Shown piece after piece: positions 45,931 through 55,000 of a DNA stretch of 64,000 nt. A model generated the notes under the pieces. That model was not told the DNA's origin. It did not search any database and saw only the letters and a program-made list of their open reading frames with translations. A program made the position numbers and the translations under genes. Where the stretch lies: positions 1 to 64,000 of the IMG/VR virus record IMGVR_UViG_3300046542_000074; one strand, given 5' to 3'. Position 1 is the first letter of the stretch. Each line of letters begins with the position of its first letter. The DNA comes from a virus.

Positions 45931-48900
45931 GTTAGAAATTAGGGTAGACAGTACCCCAACAGAGAAAGCAACCAAAGCGTTGAATGACTTTGCCAGTGCC
46001 GCTGATAAAGCTGCTCAAGCTGGTAAGGCTAAAGTTACAGTTGACAGAGAAGCTGCTGCTGCAAACGAGATCACCGCTAAGTCTGAAAAGAACCTTTCTG
46101 AAGTTATCGACTACCAAGCTCGTAAGTTAGCAACACTGAAAGAACAACGACGTGAACTTAACAAGTCTGACATGCGCAGTACTGCACCAGAAGAGTTCCG
46201 TAGACTTAACAGTATTCTGGATGCAAACATTGCTCTGGTGTACAAACAAGGCACCGCAAAGGATGTTCTCAACGCGAAGGAAGAACGAGGCATTGAAAAG
46301 CTCAATGCTGTTGTAGCTGGTTACGACAAAGTTTCCAAAGCTACCCTTGAGTATGACCGGAACATTGCTGCACTGAATAAGGGTTATGACAATGGCCTTC
46401 TTAGTACAGTAGCCTACAATAAAGCTCTTGCTGACCAAGCTGCACAACTTGAGAAAGTTAAAGCTGCTCAACCGGGCAGTAGCCAGTCTGTTGCTGCTGG
46501 CTATGAGAATGCTTTGAACAAGCTTGTTCCATATCGTGTGGAGATGACAAACCTTGCTGCTCAGGAAAAGATTCTCCAACAACAACGTGATGCGGGTAGT
46601 GTTAAAACTCCGGCACAGATTGCTGAATGGGATCGTGCAACCGCTGCAATTGCCTCTCAGCGTAAAGAGTATGAGCGACGAATCAAAGCTGGTAATGAGA
46701 TGGGTATCTCTGCCAAACAAGAGCAAGCTGCTCTCCGTGGACTTCCAGCACAATTCACCGACGTTGTTGTTTCCCTGCAAGGTGGTCAAAATCCACTGAC
46801 AGTATTGCTGCAACAAGGTGGACAAGTTAAAGATATGTTCGGTGGTATTGTTCCAGCCTTCAAAGCTGTAAGTACTGCTGTTCTCTCTATGATCAGTCCG
46901 CTCACTGTTGGTGTAGCTGCAATTACTGCTCTTGGTGTTGCTGCCTATCAGGGCAGTCAAGAGTTCACCAACCTGCAAAGATCATTGGTCAAAGGTGGTG
47001 GGTTCTCTGGAGCCACACTCTCAGACCTTTTGGTATTCCAAACAACATTGGATAAAACAGCAGGAACTGCCAGTGATGCAGCCGAAGCGTTAACACTTCT
47101 TGAAGCCTCCGGTAAGATATCTAAAGAAGTTTTTGTGAGCATTGGTGCTGCTGCTATCCAAATGCGGGAAGCCACGGGTCAGTCTATTCAAGACACTGTA
47201 GAGGACTTTGCATCTCTTGGTAAAGACCCTGTAGACTCTGCTGTTCGATTGAACGAGAAGTATAAGTTTCTTACTGCTTCTGTACTTGCTCAAGCTGAAG
47301 CATTGGCTAGAGCCGGGGAGGAACAAAAGGCTACAATCCTCCTGCAAAGCCAAATGTCAGATGCTGCCTCTGATTCAGCAGAAAGGATCATCGATAAAGC
47401 TGGTGGTATCGAACGTGCTTACCGTGGGGTAAAGGGTGCCATATTAGAAACTTGGAATGTTCTTAAGGATCTAGGTCGTACCGATGATGAGTACAGACTT
47501 GCTGATCTTACTGCAAGAGAGGCAGCACTAAAAGCTGAACTTGATAGGAACAAGAATGGAAACTTTCTTGATAAAGCCATGTCTCGCCCAGATGTCTTGG
47601 TGGAAGCTAAGCTCAAAGAAACACAGACAGCTATTGCCGAACTTAAGAAGAAGTCAGACAAGGAAGCTTCTGAGGAAGCCATCAAAAATGCGAGGATTGA
47701 AGCTGATAGGAAGGCTGCGGTTTCTCAAGATTACATCCGACGTATTGCTGCTGGGTACGGAACTGCATCTCAGAAGGCACAGGCAGAGTTAGACAAGATT
47801 GACCAGAAACAAAAGGAAGTCTTGGATGCTGGTGTGCCAAACAAAGACCAAATGGATTTGTATACCAAAGCACGATCTGTAGCTCAAACCAATCTTGATA
47901 AGGCAAAGGAAGCAGAAGCTGCTGCGAACAAACCTAAGACTGATCCAGCTCAAACTCAAGAAGTCGTTGAAGTTAAGAGTAATCTAACTGCTCTGGAAGC
48001 TGAATACGATGGTTACTACAAACGTGTAACTGCACTAGGCAAAGCCAACATCGTGACTCAGGAAGCTACAGTTGCGAGCCAACAAGCCATTCTTGAGGCT
48101 GAAAAGAAGGCTATCTCTGAGAACTATGATGCACAGATTAAAGCCATTCAAGCCCTACAAGGTAAGAAGACTAACTCTGCTGCTACCAACATCTCTCTGG
48201 ATAACCAAGTAACTAAAGCTGAAGCTGCCAAGGTGGCTGCACTTGAGAAACTGAACACTCGTCAAGAAGTGCTGGCTGATCAAGAGAAAGGCAGACTGTC
48301 ACAACGTTCTGCTGCTATTGCCGCTTATGCAGATGCAATGCAACTCCAAGTTGATAACATTGTTGAACAAGGAGAACGCCAAGCTAAGGCTGTAGGTCAA
48401 GGTGCTCGACAAGGCAAGTTGAATGAAGACCTCCGTGAGAATGATCGTAACTTCGAAAAGAACACACTCTCTCTTGCCAAGCGTAAAGATGAGATGGACC
48501 CAATCGAATATGCCGCTAATCTGAAAGCTGCTACACAAGCACACGATGATATGCGCAATGCCATCATCAACAATGATCGCCAGATTGCTGCTGCTGAAGC
48601 TGATTGGACTAATGGTGTTACTCGTGCTTATGAGGATTATGCAGATAAGTCTCGTGACCTTGCCAGTACTGTGGAAGGTGCTATTACGGGTGCATTCAGT
48701 TCGATGGAAGATGCAATGGCTGAGTTTGCCACAACCGGTAAACTTAACTTCCGCAGTCTTGCCAACAGTATCATCAGTGACATGGCTAAGATCGCTGCTA
48801 AGCAAGCCACAAGCTCAGCTCTATCCAGTTTGTTTGGTATGGCACTTGGTGCTTATGGTGGTGGAGCTAACGGCTTTGCCTCGGGTAGTGCAGCGGCTGC

Positions 48901-49372
48901 TTCCTCTTCTGCTGGTGCATCTCAGGCTGGTTATGCCAACTTGAGTAACTGGAACATTAACGCTAAGGGTGGTGCATTCACTGGTGGCCTTAAGTACTTT
49001 GCGAACGGTGGTGCATTCACCAACTCTATTGTTTCCTCTCCTACTGAGTTTGGTATGAGTAATGGTCAACGCGGAGTTATGGGTGAAGCTGGCCCTGAAG
49101 CAATCATGCCATTGAGCCGCACTTCTGACGGTAGCCTTGGTGTTCGTATGACTGGCGGCACTAGTACTTCAACAAGTAATTCTGGTGGGGTTCAAGTAAA
49201 CATCAGCATCTCGGATAGCGGAGTATCCAGTAAAACAGAAGGTGGTGCAGGTGCAGGCTTCGATCAATTCGGTAAAGAGATTGGCGACTTTGTTGACGCT
49301 CGTTATCGTGTTCTTATTGGTCGTGACTTGAGAGACGGTGGTGCGATTAAGACAGCAATGTCTGGTCGCTAA
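45914..49372 (+). CDS. tape measure protein
   Basis: 1152 aa Ala-rich; QFTDVVVSLQGGQNPLTVLLQQGGQ; MGEAGPEAIMPL. Confidence 0.92.
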   Translation: MPTIAELEIRVDSTPTEKATKALNDFASAADKAAQAGKAKVTVDREAAAANEITAKSEKNLSEVIDYQARKLATLKEQRRELNKSDMRSTAPEEFRRLNSILDANIALVYKQGTAKDVLNAKEERGIEKLNAVVAGYDKVSKATLEYDRNIAALNKGYDNGLLSTVAYNKALADQAAQLEKVKAAQPGSSQSVAAGYENALNKLVPYRVEMTNLAAQEKILQQQRDAGSVKTPAQIAEWDRATAAIASQRKEYERRIKAGNEMGISAKQEQAALRGLPAQFTDVVVSLQGGQNPLTVLLQQGGQVKDMFGGIVPAFKAVSTAVLSMISPLTVGVAAITALGVAAYQGSQEFTNLQRSLVKGGGFSGATLSDLLVFQTTLDKTAGTASDAAEALTLLEASGKISKEVFVSIGAAAIQMREATGQSIQDTVEDFASLGKDPVDSAVRLNEKYKFLTASVLAQAEALARAGEEQKATILLQSQMSDAASDSAERIIDKAGGIERAYRGVKGAILETWNVLKDLGRTDDEYRLADLTAREAALKAELDRNKNGNFLDKAMSRPDVLVEAKLKETQTAIAELKKKSDKEASEEAIKNARIEADRKAAVSQDYIRRIAAGYGTASQKAQAELDKIDQKQKEVLDAGVPNKDQMDLYTKARSVAQTNLDKAKEAEAAANKPKTDPAQTQEVVEVKSNLTALEAEYDGYYKRVTALGKANIVTQEATVASQQAILEAEKKAISENYDAQIKAIQALQGKKTNSAATNISLDNQVTKAEAAKVAALEKLNTRQEVLADQEKGRLSQRSAAIAAYADAMQLQVDNIVEQGERQAKAVGQGARQGKLNEDLRENDRNFEKNTLSLAKRKDEMDPIEYAANLKAATQAHDDMRNAIINNDRQIAAAEADWTNGVTRAYEDYADKSRDLASTVEGAITGAFSSMEDAMAEFATTGKLNFRSLANSIISDMAKIAAKQATSSALSSLFGMALGAYGGGANGFASGSAAAASSSAGASQAGYANLSNWNINAKGGAFTGGLKYFANGGAFTNSIVSSPTEFGMSNGQRGVMGEAGPEAIMPLSRTSDGSLGVRMTGGTSTSTSNSGGVQVNISISDSGVSSKTEGGAGAGFDQFGKEIGDFVDARYRVLIGRDLRDGGAIKTAMSGR

Positions 49373-49391
49373 GATGCCGATTAAGTTGCCT

Positions 49392-49453
49392 CTATCGATC
49401 ACCAAGAATCGATTGACAAAATCTATCCCTACCTAGTAGAATAGATACTTATA
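49392..49453 (+). promoter_or_regulatory. internal tail-operon promoter with CTATC-N14-GATTG-N7-CTATC site
   Basis: TTGACA(49413)-18-TAGAAT. Confidence 0.6.
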
Positions 49454-49504
49454 AGGGAGGACTATTCACTTAGTTCCTCCCATTTTTATTTCAGGAGATT
49501 AATA

Positions 49505-49852
49505 ATGGCAACACAGACATTTACATGGCGTGTAGAGAGAGCGCCTGCTCCAACTATCAACTATCGAACAATCGAAGCTCAGTTTGGTGATGGGTTCAAA
49601 CAAGTTAGCGCTGATGGTATCAACACAAAAGATGAATCGTTTGATATCACCACCAACGGTACAGATGCTGTGATTCAGGCTATCGTGGATTTCTTTGATG
49701 CTCACAATGGAACTAAGAGTTTCTTGTGGAAACCACCTTTCGGTAAGTTGTCCCTCTTCACATGCAAGACATTCAAAGCTGTCCCTCAAGGACCAAATAT
49801 CAATGTGCTGACAGCAACCTTTGTTAAATCATTTTCGAGTGGAGTACCTTAA
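49505..49852 (+). CDS. minor tail protein M-like (Dit)
   Basis: AQFGDGFKQ..DGIN, SFLWKPP. Confidence 0.88.
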   Translation: MATQTFTWRVERAPAPTINYRTIEAQFGDGFKQVSADGINTKDESFDITTNGTDAVIQAIVDFFDAHNGTKSFLWKPPFGKLSLFTCKTFKAVPQGPNINVLTATFVKSFSSGVP

Positions 49853-50586
49853 TGGCAGTAGTTGACATTCATCAGACGATCCAGAATCTTGAAGCAGGCA
49901 ACAAAGTTAAGTTGATCGAAGTGGATTGTACTGAGTTTGGTGGTTCTGTTCTGAGGTTCCATAATTACAACGTCGATTACACAGAAGCTGAACTTCTGGC
50001 TTTAGCGGGTGCTGCAAGTATCCCTCCTAAAGCAATTATGTTTCAAGGTAAGGCTTACAGTTGCTGGCCTTATGAACTAACAGGCATGGATCAAGATGGT
50101 ACTGGTTCCAGTCCAACTCCAACACTGACAGTGGCTAACCTTGACGGAACAATCAGTAGCATGTGTCTTCAGCTTCAGAACTTGTTTGAAGCTAAGGTGA
50201 CAGAGCATACAACATTCTTGCCCTATCTGGATGGTAACTCAGACGCTGACCCAACAATGGAATTTACCCAAACTTGGTATATCAGCCGTAAGAGTAACGA
50301 GGATAACGTAAGTGTTTCTTGGGACTTGTCTTCTCCTGCTGATCTAACTGGACAGCAACTTCCACGTAGGCAGATTCACAGCATGTGCCATTGGGCCTTG
50401 AATGGTCAGTATCGTGGTGCAGATTGTGGATACACAGGCACAAACTACTTCACCGACAAAGGTGTACCAACAGCTAACCCAGCGTTAGATGTGTGCGGTG
50501 GACTATGTAGCGACTGTAAGTTAAGGTTTGGCGCAGAACAACCCTTAAACTTCGGCGGGTTCATTGCAAGTAGTTTGATTGCTTAA
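49852..50586 (+). CDS. minor tail protein L-like
   Basis: PTLTVAN, CHW..YRGADCGY..DVC...CKLRF, FGGF. Confidence 0.9.
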   Translation: MAVVDIHQTIQNLEAGNKVKLIEVDCTEFGGSVLRFHNYNVDYTEAELLALAGAASIPPKAIMFQGKAYSCWPYELTGMDQDGTGSSPTPTLTVANLDGTISSMCLQLQNLFEAKVTEHTTFLPYLDGNSDADPTMEFTQTWYISRKSNEDNVSVSWDLSSPADLTGQQLPRRQIHSMCHWALNGQYRGADCGYTGTNYFTDKGVPTANPALDVCGGLCSDCKLRFGAEQPLNFGGFIASSLIA

Positions 50587-50597
50587 TAGGAGTAGAC

Positions 50598-51386
50598 ATG
50601 GACGAGAAAATTGTAAATGCGATGCTCAGGCACGCTGAGAAAGAATACCCGAATGAGAGTTGTGGTGTAGTTGTCAAGTTGAAGACTACGGATAAATACA
50701 TTCCGTGTAAGAACATTGCCAAAGACCCAACTACAGGATTTAAGATGTGCCCTGAGTCCTATGCTAAAGCAGAAGACATTGGTGACGTAATTGGTATTGT
50801 CCATAGTCACCCTGACGGCACAACAGTTCCTAGCGCACATGACTTAGCAATCATGAGTGTAAATCGAGAGATTGAACTAGCTGTTAACCCAAACAGCGAC
50901 GTTATCCCTTGGCACATAGTATCATGGCCTGAAGGTGATTATCGTCAAATTGATCCTGTAATACATGGTGATCTATTGGGTAAACCCTTTGTACATGGTG
51001 TATGGGATTGCTGGCAGAGTTGTGCAGACTTCTACAAGAAACATTATGGCATTGACTTCCCTCATTACGAACGTGAAGACCTCTGGTGGGAAAAGAAAGA
51101 TGGTCCTTCGCACTATGAAGATTTCTACGAGAGCGCAGGCTTCTATATAGTAAGTGAACCTGAGTATGGGGACATGATTGTCATGCAAGTGGGTCATTCA
51201 TACCATCCCAACCATGCGGGTATTTACCTTGGCTCGGTTACTGAGTTTGATGGTACACCACTTGGTGGTAATGGACCATTCATGTTTCATCACATGTACA
51301 ACAAGAAAAGTGAAGTGGTTGTATACGGTGGTCAATGGTCACAACGTACCCGACTTATATTGAGACATAAAAACAAAGGAGTTTAA
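50598..51386 (+). CDS. tail assembly protein K-like (JAB + NlpC/P60)
   Basis: YPNESCG, HSHPD, GVWDCW, NHAGIYLG. Confidence 0.9.
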   Translation: MDEKIVNAMLRHAEKEYPNESCGVVVKLKTTDKYIPCKNIAKDPTTGFKMCPESYAKAEDIGDVIGIVHSHPDGTTVPSAHDLAIMSVNREIELAVNPNSDVIPWHIVSWPEGDYRQIDPVIHGDLLGKPFVHGVWDCWQSCADFYKKHYGIDFPHYEREDLWWEKKDGPSHYEDFYESAGFYIVSEPEYGDMIVMQVGHSYHPNHAGIYLGSVTEFDGTPLGGNGPFMFHHMYNKKSEVVVYGGQWSQRTRLILRHKNKGV

Positions 51387-51389
51387 TAG

Positions 51390-52004
51390 ATGGCAGAGAA
51401 ATGGGTTGAGGTTCGCCTCGGTGGTTATCTCAGACAATTCGGTAAGAGTCATCGGTTCCTCGTATCCAAACCTGCTGAAGCAATCCGTGCAATGTGTTTG
51501 CAGATTAAAGGCTTTGAGAATGCCATGCGTACAGCACACCATAAAGGTATTAAGTTCGCTGTGTTCAATGGTACACGCAACGTAGAGGATCCAGACGAAC
51601 TCTGGCTGGGCACTAAGGATGTACTTCGTATTGTTCCTCAGTATGAAGGTAGTAAAAGTGGACTTGGCACAGCACTTGTAGGTGCATTGATTATTGCAGC
51701 GGTTGTACTTGCTGGCCCCGCTGGCTATGCCGCTGCCGGTGGTTTCCTCGCTAGTGGTACGGCTGCTGCATCTATCGCAATGGGTGTGGGTGTTTCCCTC
51801 TTACTTGGTGGTGTTACACAAATGTTAACGCCACAAACACAAGGACTTAGTACAACAGAGGATGCCGACAACTCAGCGTCTTATGCCTTTGGTGGCCCTG
51901 TAGTTACAACAGCGCAAGGTAATCCGGTTCCACTGTTTTATGGGGATCGAGAGGTAGGTGGAGCATGTGTTTCCGTCTATATGATTTCTGAAGATCAAGC
52001 TTAA
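51390..52004 (+). CDS. tail assembly protein I-like
   Basis: EAIRAM, SYAFGG..TTAQGNPVPLFYG. Confidence 0.88.
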   Translation: MAEKWVEVRLGGYLRQFGKSHRFLVSKPAEAIRAMCLQIKGFENAMRTAHHKGIKFAVFNGTRNVEDPDELWLGTKDVLRIVPQYEGSKSGLGTALVGALIIAAVVLAGPAGYAAAGGFLASGTAAASIAMGVGVSLLLGGVTQMLTPQTQGLSTTEDADNSASYAFGGPVVTTAQGNPVPLFYGDREVGGACVSVYMISEDQA

Positions 52005-52021
52005 TTAAAGGAGAACGTACC

Positions 52022-55000
52022 TTGCTTGAATACAATATCGAGGGTAGTAAGGGTGGGGGTGATAAACCTCACACTCCGGTAGAAACCCCAAACAACTTGC
52101 TGTCCGTAGCTCAAGCAAAGATTCTGATTGCTGTTGCTGAAGGTACACTGGGTGGCACTCCAACCGGTAAGGATATCTTTCTTGGTGGCACTCCACTCTT
52201 AGATGCAAATGGCAATCCAAACTTTGGCGGTGTTACTTGGGAATGGCGTTCTGGTACTTCCCCACAAACTTACATTCAAGGTATGCCGGATGTAAGTAAT
52301 GAGATGACTGTCGGTGTAGAACTGACCAGCACTACGCCATACGTCCGTGCAATCACCAAGAGCACATTGTCTGCTGTACGAGTTACCCTGTCTTGGGCTG
52401 CTCTTATGCAACAGCAAAGTAACGGTGACACCACTGGCTACAAAATTGATTACGCTATCGACATCGCTACCAACGGTGGTGCTTATGTCTTGTATTCCAA
52501 CTACACAGTTGATGGTAAGACTAACACAACTTACGAGCGTACCCACCGTGTGAACTTGCCTACAGGCACTAACTGGTCGTTGCGTGTTCGTCGTATTACC
52601 CCTAACTCTCAGTCAAGTACTATTCAAGATACCATGACTATCAAGAGTGTGGCTGAAGTAATCGACGTTAAGCAAACCTACCCGAACACGGCTCTGCTGT
52701 TTGTACAGTTTGATTCCCGTTTGTTCGGCGGTACTATTCCAAAGATTTCTGTTCGCACCAAAGGTAAAGTAATTCGTGTCCCTGACAACTACGATCCTGA
52801 GACACGTTCTTACTCGGGTACATGGTCTGGTGCGTTCAAATGGGCATACAGCAACAACCCGGCTTGGGTGTTCTATGACATTGTTACTGGTGATCGTTAT
52901 GGTTTGGGTAGTCGTGTTACTGCCGACCAGATTGACAAGTGGGCTTTATATGAAGTAGCTCAATACTGTGACGTTCTAGTGGATGATGGCAAGGGTGCTG
53001 GCACTAAAGAACCTCGTCACACTTGCAACATCTACATTCAATCGAAAGCTGATGCTTGGACTGTATTGCGAGATATCGCCAGTATCTTTAACGGCATGAC
53101 CTACTGGAACGGTAACAAGTTTGTTGCTGTAGCTGATAAACAAGAGCCTCTGGATAACATCCCGGTGTTCGGTCGTTCCAACGTTGTAAATGGTAAGTTC
53201 AACTATCAAACCACTGACGTTCGTAGTATCAACACGTCGGCTCTGGTAAGTTACGATGATCCAAACAACCACTTCAACACAGAAGTCGAAGCTGTTTGGG
53301 AGAAGAGTCAAATTCTGCGATGGGGCGGTGATAAGCAAACTACTATGTCTGCTATCGGCTGTACCTCCCGTGGTCAAGCTCAGCGAATGGGTAAGTACAA
53401 CCTAATCACTAACATGTACAACCGTACTGTCGTGTTCAAAACTGGCCTGCAAGGTCTGAATGAGCAAGTGGCTCCGGGTTCTGTTATTGGTGTAGCTGAT
53501 CCACTGATTGCTGGTAAACCCTTCACAGGTCGCTTGGCTTCGGGTACAACCACTGTCGTAACTCTGGATCGTACAACAGAAGCTAAAGCCGGTGACAAGT
53601 TGTTCATCACTAAGTCGGATGGCACTACCCAAGGCCGTACTGTTTCTGCTGTTTCGGGTAAAGTGATTACTCTAACTACAGCCTACAGTGAAGTTCCAAA
53701 GATTGATGCTGTGTGGTACTTGGAAGCGTCAGACCTCAAGTCTCAACTGTTCCGAGTTATCAAGATCACTTCCCCAAGTGAATCTATTTACGAGATTACG
53801 GCTGCTGAGTACAATGACAGTAAGTTCGCTGCTATCGACAACGGCGCACGTCTGGAAGCTCGACCAATCAGTAAAGTTCCTTCTGGCTCTCAAGCTGCAC
53901 CAGCTTCTGTAACTGTATCTGCGAAGAGTTACACAGAACAAACTCTTGCTGTAACCACAATGACTGTATCTTGGCCTCAAACACCAAATGCAACCTTGTA
54001 TGAAGGCCAATGGCGAGTTGGTAGTGGTGATTGGGTTCCATTGGGCACAACTGGTGGATTGAACTTCGATGTGAAGGGTATTTACACTGGCGCCTACATT
54101 GCTCGTGTTCGTGCAATCAATGCCAGTGGTGTTATGTCTGTCTGGAAAGAGTCTGTACAAACAAACTTGGCTGGTAAAGTTGGTGCGCCTCCTGCACTGA
54201 CAAGTTTGACAGTTACACCAATAGTGTTTGGTATGCAAATCAACTGGACCTTCCCTCAAGGTGCTGAAGACAGCGCACGTACAGAAATTATGTATAGTCA
54301 AACTCAATTCTTTGCTGATGCCAAGAAACTGGGTGACTTCGCATATCCACAAGCATCACACGAGATGAACGGATTGAAGGCTGGTCAACGGTTCTTCTTT
54401 TGGGGTCGTCTGGTAGACAGGACTGGTAACGTTGGTCCTTACTTCCCACTGACAACTGCTGTTGGTGTAATGGGTGAGTCAAGCACAGACTTTAGCGAGT
54501 ATGAGGAATACTTCAAAGATCAAATCAACAACTCTGCACTTGGTCAAGAGCTAGCTGAGCGTATTGACAAGATCGAAGTCATTGAACGCACCACTGAAAT
54601 TATTGAAGCTCAGCTTGGTGCAACTGAGGCAAGTGTTGCTGAAGTTAAAGAATCTACCGATCTTGCTGTTTCTGATTTGAACCGAGATGTTGACCTGCTG
54701 AATAATGACTTAGCTGCATTGCAGACACAAGTAGATAACATCAAGGATGCTGCACTTTATGATCCAACAAAGACTTATGTGAAGGGTGATAGTGTCCGTG
54801 TTGGAGATCGCCTGTATCAAGCTAAGCAAGCTGTGCCGATCAACACTTCACCACCTAACACCACTTACTGGCTCGATGTAGGTCAGGTGGTTGAAGAGGC
54901 TGGAGCGGTAGCGGTACAGGTTGGACTTAACACTGTGGCGATTTCAAACCAAGGCGGAATTCTTACTGCACAAGGCCAGAAACTTGATGCCCTAGATGTT

